From a virus: a DNA stretch of 64,000 nt. The stretch is taken from positions 7,823 through 71,822 of IMG/VR virus record IMGVR_UViG_3300045125_000101; one strand, written 5' to 3'. Position 1 is the first letter of the stretch. The number at the start of each line of letters is the position of its first letter. The notes under the pieces are model-generated. The model worked only from the letters and a program-made list of their open reading frames with translations. It searched no databases and was not told where the DNA came from. This document shows, in pieces, positions 7,672 through 15,518 of this stretch. A program made the translations under genes and the position numbers.

Positions 7672-8139
7672 TTACCAGCTTGACTGATAAGTAAAATCAA
7701 ACTTCTCAAACTTGGGCGACAGCACCTTATCAAGCACATTGATGGTATGCTCCAAGTCCTTTTTGTACCAACTGTCGATTTCTGTGCTGCCGAAGAAGAA
7801 CCCAGAAGTGGGCGTCAGAATGTCTGATGCACCGTCAGCGTCGCCAGCCTCCAGCTTGACCAAAGCAGCACGGCACTCGTTTCGCAGTTCAGCCAGCTTA
7901 TCACGGCTGACGTAATAGCGGGCGCAGTTGTCCTCGCCGCTCTGGACGTTCTGGACAAACCAGTTGTGGATGGCGTTGGCCTTGCGCCAGTAGCCCACCG
8001 TGACGTTGACCGTCATTGAACGTTCAGCGTCACTTTCGTCGAGGTTAAGAAGGCCAAGGATATTGCCAAAGTCCTTGTCCTTGTCGTGGTCGTAGCCCGA
8101 GACGAAACGCTCGGCGTTGAGAAACATGTCAAGTCCCAT
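7672..8139 (-). CDS. conserved phage hypothetical protein
   Basis: MGLDM...VGYWRKANAIHNWFVQNVQ pattern; intact ORF. Confidence 0.85.
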   Translation of the reverse strand: MGLDMFLNAERFVSGYDHDKDKDFGNILGLLNLDESDAERSMTVNVTVGYWRKANAIHNWFVQNVQSGEDNCARYYVSRDKLAELRNECRAALVKLEAGDADGASDILTPTSGFFFGSTEIDSWYKKDLEHTINVLDKVLSPKFEKFDFTYQSSW

Positions 8140-8558
8140 AATGCTTAAGAGAGTAGCAGATGATTAAATAAAGTCAAGGTTTTTTCACCCTTTTTTCTGT
8201 CACCAACTTTGGCGCAGGCATTGGCTGCGTTGGAGCAGGAGATGGCAGAACAGGATGATTTACCTTGAGCAAGTTGCCGTTGTAAATCTGGAGTTTCATA
8301 GGAAGAAAGAAGAACCAACACATAAATATTCTATCTTCCTACAAAGTCAATATTTTTGCAAAAAAATCTTAAAGATTTTTGATTTCTAAATCTTCTTGAT
8401 GTTGTCGTAATCGATCTCAAACGAATCTTCAAGATAAGAAGAGTCGCTTGGCGAGATCAGCATCGTGAGTGAGTTTAATGGCTTCTGCTTCGCTGTCTGC
8501 TTGTATCAGCACATAGCCATACTCACGCCAGGTGACAGGAACCTTATAAGTATTCATA

Positions 8559-8879
8559 TCAAGCAGAGATGTTGTCAATAGCCGTCTTGGCAAAAGAAAG
8601 CTTGGACTCATAATCGCCAGTAAACTTCTTGCCCTTATAAACATACAATGCAAAATGAGTAGCGTGCTTGAGCGGCAGATTGCAGGCATACTTGTGCTTG
8701 CAATACCTGCTTGTCTTGACATTCTTATAAAACTGCTTGCGATTACGGTTGCGACCAAACGGACGCACAATCAGTCCAGTTCCATTAAGCAGACGGCGAG
8801 CAAAACTCAGAAAGTTATTGCCCTGCTCGTCGTTGGAGATAAAGCCGACAAAGTTGTCGGAGTATGTGGTGTTATTCAT
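8559..8879 (-). CDS. hypothetical protein
   Basis: Intact ORF with own promoter. Confidence 0.65.
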   Translation of the reverse strand: MNNTTYSDNFVGFISNDEQGNNFLSFARRLLNGTGLIVRPFGRNRNRKQFYKNVKTSRYCKHKYACNLPLKHATHFALYVYKGKKFTGDYESKLSFAKTAIDNISA

Positions 8880-8921
8880 TATGATAGTAGTATGCTGAAG
8901 ATTTTATAGAAAGTCAAGCTC

Positions 8922-9305
8922 TCAGTTGAAAACGTCATCCATCGCATTGATTTGGATGTTGCCATCAGGGCTCGTCCAACTCAACTGCTCGCACTTGCGC
9001 TTGGCCTTGCCAACGCTGACCACATCGTCATAGATATAGTCCATAAAGCTACGTAGGATGCGACGCAGCGTGGCGTGGTTGGTGTTGGCGGGGATTTGCG
9101 TGCAATAGCTGCCGTCTTCAACCTCAACCCAGTCGTGCCCGTCGTGACGATACACATCAAACCGCAGCAGGTTCACGTCGTCAGGGTTTTCGGGGTCATA
9201 GTCCCCGTCAAAACCCTCGTGGAGGTTGACCCAGTCGATCCGCACATTGCCTCGGATGATCGTGGGCAGCTTATGTTCATTGATTGAGAAACTATCGTTC
9301 TTCAT
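8922..9305 (-). CDS. hypothetical protein
   Basis: Intact ORF, own promoter, CACGATG start. Confidence 0.75.
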   Translation of the reverse strand: MKNDSFSINEHKLPTIIRGNVRIDWVNLHEGFDGDYDPENPDDVNLLRFDVYRHDGHDWVEVEDGSYCTQIPANTNHATLRRILRSFMDYIYDDVVSVGKAKRKCEQLSWTSPDGNIQINAMDDVFN

Positions 9306-9343
9306 CGTGAATATACTCTACCAGGTTTCTATAAAAAGTCAAG

Positions 9344-9378
9344 AAAAAACCCCTTGGGGGGTTGTCCAAGGGGTTGAT
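9344..9378 (-). terminator. Rho-independent terminator after the tRNA
   Basis: AACCCCTTGG/CCAAGGGGTT hairpin followed by a T-run on the minus strand. Confidence 0.75.
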
Positions 9379-9452
9379 TGGGAGCAGGGAACCGAATTGA
9401 ACGATTGTCTCTTCATTATGAGCGAAGCGTGCTACCTTTACACCACCCTGCC
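9379..9452 (-). tRNA. tRNA with CAT anticodon (Met-like, atypical body)
   Basis: GGCAGGG/CCCTGCT, loop CTCATAA, TTCAATT T-loop, discriminator C, CCA. Confidence 0.85.
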
Positions 9453-9737
9453 GTAAAATTGTTTATTCCACTATCTATGATTTTCCATTCAACCACAGCC
9501 ATCGATTTTTGTCAAGCGGAATCTATTTTTTGTCGCTTGTTTTCTTACCCACCATTACTTTACCTGCTTCTGTTTTTATCTTTGTACCGTCGCTTGTATT
9601 ATTCTGGCGGCGCGAAAGTGCGCACCGATGGTTCATCAAAGGGTTGCTTTTCTATCCTATGTTATTTAAAGAACACTAACCACTATACCGATATATATTC
9701 AATAGTCAATAGAAAACTTCAAGATTTTTTACTTTTT

Positions 9738-10097
9738 TTAAGCGACCTTGAGTTCTACCTCGACGCTCTTCTTGCCCACAGACAGCATCCAGCGTTCTGG
9801 ATGCTTTGCCAGCGGCGTGAAATAATCCTTGGGCGTGGGAATGAACCCGCAGTCCTCTTGAACGTGCTGCTCGGCGATCATCTTGACGGGGATGCTCTGG
9901 CCCGCCGAGTTGGTCACGGCGTGCCCGAACTTCTCTACCGCCCATTGAATGCCTGCGCTGTGATGGCGCAAGGCACGATAGGTCCAATCGCCCGTATATG
10001 CCTTGGTTTCGTCGAACCAGTCGTGGATGGCGACATAATCCTGCCACTTGCCGCCCCACTTCTTGACCGTAGATTCAGCGTGCTTGAGAGGAGTCAT
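9738..10097 (-). CDS. DUF6915-like protein
   Basis: PLKHAES..KKWGG..DY.AIHDWFDETKA...RALRHH..GI...EQHV.EDCG. Confidence 0.7.
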   Translation of the reverse strand: MTPLKHAESTVKKWGGKWQDYVAIHDWFDETKAYTGDWTYRALRHHSAGIQWAVEKFGHAVTNSAGQSIPVKMIAEQHVQEDCGFIPTPKDYFTPLAKHPERWMLSVGKKSVEVELKVA

Positions 10098-10109
10098 ACA
10101 AGTAATGTA

Positions 10110-10442
10110 TCAGGACTTTTCGTTTTCGTCAATAACCAAATCATCGCTGTCATAGTCGCCATCAACGCGAGAAGTATACCATTCTTGCGACGACGCCTTC
10201 TTGTTCACCAGGTCGTAGGTGATTTCGTCGCCATATTCGCTGCCATCACCCGCGCCGCTATATTCATACACTTCCCACGCCCAACTTTCAACCTCGCCCG
10301 CAATGGCAGAATTATAATCGGGGTAAGTGCTGATATACAGACAGCCCTCGTCATTGCCGCCGCTGAAGTTCAGCATAATCTGCTTGATGCCAGCAGCAAC
10401 AGCCTTGTCGTAGATTTCCTTCTTGAGTGGTTGGATTTCCAT
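10110..10442 (-). CDS. DUF6878-like acidic protein
   Basis: GI..I...FSGGNDEG pattern; adjacent to the DUF6915-like gene. Confidence 0.5.
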   Translation of the reverse strand: MEIQPLKKEIYDKAVAAGIKQIMLNFSGGNDEGCLYISTYPDYNSAIAGEVESWAWEVYEYSGAGDGSEYGDEITYDLVNKKASSQEWYTSRVDGDYDSDDLVIDENEKS

Positions 10443-10500
10443 AGTTTTTTAAGTTAGAATAGTAGAGTAGCAGTTTTTATAAAAAAGTCAAGGTCTTTCT

Positions 10501-10740
10501 TCAATACCTGACCTTGGCAGTTTCAACGTTGATATTCTTCCAGCCGTATGAATCAACCTTGATAAGAATGTATTCAAGAGTATTATCATACCCAATAGAG
10601 TCTGTAATATACTCATATGCTCTTACATAATCTTTTTCAAGGTCTGTGATTGTCTTACTCTCATCATCGTGAGTATAAAAGAAGTTCATATCAAAACGCG
10701 AATCAGATTCGTCTTTGATGTTCAGATGATAAATCTTCAT
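10501..10740 (-). CDS. hypothetical protein
   Basis: Intact ORF overlapping the upstream stop. Confidence 0.6.
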   Translation of the reverse strand: MKIYHLNIKDESDSRFDMNFFYTHDDESKTITDLEKDYVRAYEYITDSIGYDNTLEYILIKVDSYGWKNINVETAKVRY

Positions 10741-11006
10741 ACCAGTTCCTTCATAAACGGATGATATTTTATCTTATGCCGATAATATGTAGTGCTGGCA
10801 ACTTTACCTTGTGCAGTATGATCAGCAGTCCAATATTCGTCCTTGTATTTGATAAGTGCGTGCGTTGCCTTGCCAAGTCGATTTAGAGATTCAAGAATAG
10901 TGTTCTTGATATTCTCAGCATCAGTTGAAGCAAACTCATACTTTTCTGTATGAATAGGCGTTTGAGCACTATCAATAATAAGGATTTTAACGGTGTTTTG
11001 TACCAT
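10737..11006 (-). CDS. hypothetical protein
   Basis: Intact ORF. Confidence 0.6.
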   Translation of the reverse strand: MVQNTVKILIIDSAQTPIHTEKYEFASTDAENIKNTILESLNRLGKATHALIKYKDEYWTADHTAQGKVASTTYYRHKIKYHPFMKELV

Positions 11007-11013
11007 ATTTTAA

Positions 11014-11202
11014 TCAGTTCTTCTTGAATAGGCGGAGACCTTGATCTCCATATCCCTTGAACGAGCCCTTGTTGTCGTATGTGCGATTGTCATTTACACG
11101 GCTTACAACATTGCCTTTGGCGTCGCTATAAACCTTGGTATTGCCCTGCTGTTGAGTAAACCCAACAACCTGTCCCTTTTCGTTTTTGATATAGTCTGGC
11201 AT
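11014..11202 (-). CDS. hypothetical protein with beta-hairpin repeats
   Basis: NEKGQVVG / DAKGNVVS / DNKGSFKG repeats. Confidence 0.65.
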   Translation of the reverse strand: MPDYIKNEKGQVVGFTQQQGNTKVYSDAKGNVVSRVNDNRTYDNKGSFKGYGDQGLRLFKKN

Positions 11203-11206
11203 AAAA

Positions 11207-11464
11207 TCAAATCACATCACAATACTTCCAAACGTCGTCGGGAATCTCGTCCCGCACTTCCGTATCAAGTTCGTAAATCTTCTTCATTGCGCCGATGCGG
11301 TCGCCAGCGTGTATGAGATTAGCAATCTTGAGAAGGTCAAGATAGTCACTTGTCTGAACCTTCATCATAGCCACATCGCCAAGCCACAGCTTGTGGCAGC
11401 GATTGAACCGATTGATGGCAACTTCGTAAACCTTGGCAGAGGCAGTTTCGTCAGTTAGTTTCAT
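11207..11464 (-). CDS. hypothetical protein
   Basis: Own promoter, CACGATG start. Confidence 0.7.
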   Translation of the reverse strand: MKLTDETASAKVYEVAINRFNRCHKLWLGDVAMMKVQTSDYLDLLKIANLIHAGDRIGAMKKIYELDTEVRDEIPDDVWKYCDVI

Positions 11465-11506
11465 CGTGGAATACTCTAAACGAGGTTAATAAAAAGTCCA
11501 GAAAAA

Positions 11507-11547
11507 GTGAGCGTGAACTGGTATGCGCTCCCCACCGTGTGAAATCA
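11507..11547 (-). repeat. post-stop repeat element, copy 3 (degenerate)
   Basis: TTTCACACGGTGGGGAGCGCATACCAGTTCACGCTCAC directly after a TGA stop. Confidence 0.8.
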
Positions 11548-11760
11548 AACCGCCGTCGCCAGACGCACGGGACGACCAACAGCGTCGTCGAAGACATAGT
11601 TGACAGGCTCGTCGGCTTGCGCCGCACGGCTGTCTGTCGGCACCCACCAGCGAGACAGCAACTCGCGCCCAGCCTTTTCTGCCTCGGTCTGAGTGGCGAA
11701 ACGCAGAGCATTCGTCGCCCACTTGCCATCGACGCAAACTTCAGTTTTCCAAGATTTCAT
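11545..11760 (-). CDS. hypothetical protein
   Basis: MKSWKTEVCVDGKWATNALRFAT...; own promoter. Confidence 0.7.
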   Translation of the reverse strand: MKSWKTEVCVDGKWATNALRFATQTEAEKAGRELLSRWWVPTDSRAAQADEPVNYVFDDAVGRPVRLATAV

Positions 11761-11790
11761 AATGGTATGTTGGCAGTTTTTATAGAAAAG

Positions 11791-12072
11791 TCAAGTCAAG
11801 AATGAATGCCCACCAGTGCCGAGCGACTCAGGAAACTCGTCGTCGTCATAGCTCTCGACGGTCGTAGGATACGACCCATTCTTCTTCTGATACGCTCTGA
11901 AGAAGGTGGACAAGTCGCAGTCCTCTTCAAGGAAGAGGCGAGTGCCGCGCTTGTTCTTGTAGGAATAGCCGCTGATGTCGTCAACAGTCAGACCAACATC
12001 CTTGAGGTCAGACGGAGTAACCTCCAGCCAACCGTGACCTGGATCATTGTGCTTAATAAACGTAGCGTTCAT
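11791..12072 (-). CDS. hypothetical phage protein
   Basis: DPGHGWL...SY......LFLEEDCD. Confidence 0.75.
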   Translation of the reverse strand: MNATFIKHNDPGHGWLEVTPSDLKDVGLTVDDISGYSYKNKRGTRLFLEEDCDLSTFFRAYQKKNGSYPTTVESYDDDEFPESLGTGGHSFLT

Positions 12073-12274
12073 TGAGTAGAAGTGTGTTGAAAAATTAAAG
12101 AAAGTCGAGATTATTCGGAGGCCAAAATGCTGATTATCTCTGTCCCCCGCTCAAACAAGTTTCGTTCAACAAGGTCAGGGTCAGCGCCATTTAGTTCCGA
12201 TGGAGTGAATATGACAATGGCATAGCCAGCGTCACGCAGTTCATCGATGCTGCATTCGTACATTGTTTTCATAA

Positions 12275-12520
12275 TTAGATTTTCTTCTCCCAACCAAATC
12301 CAGCACACACATAAGTTTCGCTGTCAATCGTCACTTCATCATCCACGCTCATGGAGCGCAGACGCTTGCCAGAAATCCATTCAGAGCCATCCACATGATT
12401 GCATTGACGAAACACAACCTCCAGCGCGTCCAGCACATCAGTACCAGAAGGAATGAGTTCCGAAGGAAACTCAAACGTGTCAGTCGAACGAAACGCCTTG
12501 TAAGCAACGTTGATCTTCAT
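12275..12520 (-). CDS. YodL-like hypothetical protein
   Basis: N......RSMSVDD.V......Y.CAGFGW pattern. Confidence 0.5.
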   Translation of the reverse strand: MKINVAYKAFRSTDTFEFPSELIPSGTDVLDALEVVFRQCNHVDGSEWISGKRLRSMSVDDEVTIDSETYVCAGFGWEKKI

Positions 12521-12612
12521 CGTGCAGATATCCTGAATTGAAAATTAAAGAAAGTCGAGAAGAAAAGCGGTGCAGGCCGGATACCACTCACAACCTGCAC
12601 CGCCCCAGTGAT

Positions 12613-14004
12613 TTACACCAAAGTCAGGCTTTCGGCAAGGTCACCATCGTTCAGCGTGTCGAGGCAGTTCAGCTTGTGCTGCACACGATGGCAGATGTTT
12701 TCCTCAATGCACTTGGCAGCATACACGATGCGTTGATAGCTCTTGGTCTTGCCTTCCAGTCGCCATACACGACCCAGCGCCTGGCGCATATTGTAAGCAG
12801 ACCAGTTCGGGCTGATGATGCTGGCACGAGGATACTTGCCGTTGAGGTCGTGCAAGCTGACGCCAGTTCCACCAGCAGCAATGTTTACAACCAGCACTCG
12901 CTTGTTGTCAGCTTGAAATGCATTGATGTCATCAACACGCTGCTTGTCAGTTTGACCGCCAACAATAAACCCAACATTGTTCTTGAACTTGCTGATTTTG
13001 TTCAGTCGCTTTACAATGGCATCCACCGTATCAGCAAAGTTGACAAACAGCACAATGCTCTTGCCTTCGTCGTAAAGATCTTCTGCCATCTCTACAAAAA
13101 GAGGAACCTTGCACAACTCAGCCTTGCGACGAGCTTCCATCATAACAGCAAAGATATGCTCAGAATAGTTTTCTGAACGTTCTTCAAGCTTGGCCAGTTC
13201 AGATTCCATATCGTCATACACGGCCTGGATCTTGCTTTCATTGGCTCCAAGATCATATGCCTCGGCGACAATATGAGATTCCGGAAACTGCTTGCCAAAG
13301 TCCTGTACCTTCATACGGCTGGCGCACTTGGTAGTATCAAACAGATACTCGTTCAAACGCAGCATAGCTTCGCGAGCTTCAGCAGTAGCAAGGTTGAAAG
13401 TCATAGCACCATAACGTGCCATAAGTTCAGCACCGTGCACACGGCAAAAATCGCGAAAGTTGTAGAGTGCGTGCAGATTGGTAAGAAAACCAAACGCCTT
13501 CATTTCAAGGGGCGAGGTCGCAACCGTAGCAGAAGAAACCAGCACCTTGTAGCCTTGAACCTTGAGTGCAACCATCATCCAGCTATTGCTAGTGTCGGTA
13601 CCCTTGCACTTGTGTCCTTCGTCTACCACAATCAGCGTGTTGGGTTCGAAGTTGAAATATGGCATTTCACGCTTGGCATTTTCATTGAACGGCTGAACAG
13701 GATCCTGAAGCTTCTTCCACTTCATGTATTTGGTATTGCCACGGCAAAGCTTCTCATAGTTGATGAGAGTAACCGCCTTGAGCTTGAAGCTGGCAAGGAT
13801 CTTTTGCCATTGATGAATAACACTCTTGGGACAGATAACAGCGAAGGGACGGTTCAGTTCGCGAATAACCGCAGCAGCGGCATATGTCTTGCCTGTGCCC
13901 GTCTCACTCATATCCACGGCGTGACCGTTGAGATAAAGTGAATCTACGAGACGCTGTACGTGCTTGAATTGAGGCTCAAGCAAACCTGTGGTATCGATTT
14001 GCAT
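12613..14004 (-). CDS. superfamily 2 DEXH helicase
   Basis: Walker A ETGTGKT, DEGH, SAT, GGTGVSL, QALGRVWR; intact 463 aa. Confidence 0.93.
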   Translation of the reverse strand: MQIDTTGLLEPQFKHVQRLVDSLYLNGHAVDMSETGTGKTYAAAAVIRELNRPFAVICPKSVIHQWQKILASFKLKAVTLINYEKLCRGNTKYMKWKKLQDPVQPFNENAKREMPYFNFEPNTLIVVDEGHKCKGTDTSNSWMMVALKVQGYKVLVSSATVATSPLEMKAFGFLTNLHALYNFRDFCRVHGAELMARYGAMTFNLATAEAREAMLRLNEYLFDTTKCASRMKVQDFGKQFPESHIVAEAYDLGANESKIQAVYDDMESELAKLEERSENYSEHIFAVMMEARRKAELCKVPLFVEMAEDLYDEGKSIVLFVNFADTVDAIVKRLNKISKFKNNVGFIVGGQTDKQRVDDINAFQADNKRVLVVNIAAGGTGVSLHDLNGKYPRASIISPNWSAYNMRQALGRVWRLEGKTKSYQRIVYAAKCIEENICHRVQHKLNCLDTLNDGDLAESLTLV

Positions 14005-14040
14005 ATTTGTACTATGCTACACTTTTTATCTAAAGTAAAG

Positions 14041-14295
14041 TCAATAAATCCAGATTTGCACAAAGTATTGATCATTATGGCTATATATCATATATTCGCC
14101 ATCATAACCATCCTCGTCATAAACAGGGCTGAAAAACAGAATCTTGCCAGTTTTGGCACTTTGAATAACAACGCCAGCCCAGCCTTTGACAGCAGATGTA
14201 TTGCCCACTTTGATGAGTTTGCTGTTTAGAGTAGAACCTTTGTTGCCCTTCCATTCAAACGAAGTAGAGCAGTAAACTGGAATATCTATCATCAT
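14041..14295 (-). CDS. hypothetical protein
   Basis: Intact ORF with own promoter. Confidence 0.6.
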   Translation of the reverse strand: MMIDIPVYCSTSFEWKGNKGSTLNSKLIKVGNTSAVKGWAGVVIQSAKTGKILFFSPVYDEDGYDGEYMIYSHNDQYFVQIWIY

Positions 14296-14352
14296 TGTGC
14301 AGTCAGTATTTCAGATTTTTATAGAAAGTCCAGCAAAAAGTGCGTGTATTTT

Positions 14353-14365
14353 TATCAAGCACTTA
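14353..14365. promoter_or_regulatory. IHF-consensus site
   Basis: TATCAAGCACTTA matches WATCAANNNNTTR. Confidence 0.55.
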
Positions 14366-14412
14366 CGAAAGTTTGACGGCTTGATTTTTTTAATAAGCCC
14401 GGTAGACTGATT

Positions 14413-14500
14413 GCATAGTCGAGAGTAGGAGAAAATTCCGAAGAGACTAGTTGCGGAGATGAGCCTCCTAGAATGTGGGACCGACGCCTACGCAGATGCA
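14413..14500 (+). ncRNA. putative structured ncRNA, copy 1
   Basis: Promoter TTGATT-N16-TAGACT (14381-14408); no ORF; shares motifs with 15190-15280. Confidence 0.5.
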
Positions 14501-14566
14501 TAAAAGTGTTGAGAATCATTCTCTAGTGCTTTGCTGCTTTACTTTTTATAAAAAATCATTCAGTAT

Positions 14567-15106
14567 ATGTCCATTATGGAGACCATCACCATCAAGCCCG
14601 ACCACTTGCGGGACTTCACGGGCTGCGTCCTGAGCACCCGTGAGTACAACGGGTACCACGACAGCGACTTTTATGCCACGGTCTGGGACGAGGAGGCGGG
14701 CTGCGTGCGTGAGATCGAAGACGGCACCACGCGGGCATATGCCCCGAGCAAGTATCACCGGGCCGACGCCAGCGACGAGGTTCGGGCCAAGGCTCGCGCC
14801 TGGTATGCCTCCAGTCCCGACATCCGCAAGGGTGCCAAGGTTCGTCTGGAACGTGCGTTCTCTGCCATCCGAGTGGGTGACACGGTCGAGGTCGTGGCTG
14901 GTCGCAAGATTGCCAAGGGAACGGTTGGCGAGGTTGTCTGGGTTGGTCGTGACAACTTCAACCCCAAGGCGTTTCGGGTTGGTCTGCGGCTCGCCTTTGG
15001 CGGTTTGCGGGTGTTTACGGCAATGGGCAACGTGGAGAAGCGCAACTACAACCCGCCGACCGAGGCGGAAATCGACGCCGAGGTTGCTCGCTGCAATCCT
15101 TATTGA
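14567..15106 (+). CDS. hypothetical protein with a KOW/SH3-like segment
   Basis: Intact 179 aa, GC-rich; GDTVEVVAGRKIAKGTVGEV; own promoter and terminator. Confidence 0.8.
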   Translation: MSIMETITIKPDHLRDFTGCVLSTREYNGYHDSDFYATVWDEEAGCVREIEDGTTRAYAPSKYHRADASDEVRAKARAWYASSPDIRKGAKVRLERAFSAIRVGDTVEVVAGRKIAKGTVGEVVWVGRDNFNPKAFRVGLRLAFGGLRVFTAMGNVEKRNYNPPTEAEIDAEVARCNPY

Positions 15107-15129
15107 GGTTCAACGAGTTATGAAAATCA

Positions 15130-15154
15130 AGCGAGGCCACAAACCTCGCTTTTT
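15130..15154 (+). terminator. Rho-independent terminator
   Basis: AGCGAGG-ccacaaa-CCTCGCT followed by a T-run. Confidence 0.8.
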
Positions 15155-15189
15155 GCTCGACTTTTTATAATAACCTGTCATTCTTTAGA

Positions 15190-15280
15190 CACTCAAGGGA
15201 CAGTGCCAGAAGTGCCCTCCCGAAGAAGTGACCGATCAAACGGAACGAATAGGGGACCGGAGGCTACGCGGATATATCCA
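15190..15280 (+). ncRNA. putative structured ncRNA, copy 2
   Basis: Promoter TCGACT-N16-CATTCT (15157-15184); no ORF; shares motifs with 14413-14500. Confidence 0.5.
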
Positions 15281-15359
15281 AAATTTTGACTACCCCTGAC
15301 TCAAATAGTATAGCATAGTTTTATAAAAAGTTCAAGGAAAAAATAAATCAAATAATCCT

Positions 15360-15517
15360 GTAAGGTATTGTAAATCAAATACCTTTGTGGTTATTAAAGT
15401 GTTGACTATCAAGCAGTTACTACTTTTGTAAGTACCTGATAATCAACAACTTATAACCATCTGATAACCAACCACTTACATTATCAACTACTTATGTAAT
15501 TGTGTAAGTGCTTGATA
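15360..15517. promoter_or_regulatory. cluster of IHF-consensus sites in both orientations
   Basis: Exact WATCAANNNNTTR at 15407, 15441, 15482 and (reverse) 15505; near-matches at 15373, 15429(rev) and 15466. Confidence 0.65.
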
Positions 15518-15518
15518 A

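Larger units (their letters stand above)
869..14335 (-). promoter_or_regulatory. array of more than 20 sigma70-like early promoters, TTGACT-N15-17-(C/T)A(T/G)(A/T)(G/C)T with a T/A-rich spacer
   Basis: Seen as ...aaagtcaag on the + strand in nearly every intergenic gap, e.g. 2441-2472, 8150-8178, 9313-9341. Confidence 0.85.

Noticed and set aside
9378-10457. 359-aa + strand ORF (and similar long + ORFs at 2198, 12538, 13273)
   Set aside because: Antisense shadows of GC-rich minus-strand genes and a tRNA; no motifs or expression signals
14437-14475. Hammerhead ribozyme call for the paired ncRNA
   Set aside because: CCGAAGA and GAAU resemble CUGANGA and GAAA but lack U4, the GAAA and the G10.1-C11.1 pair
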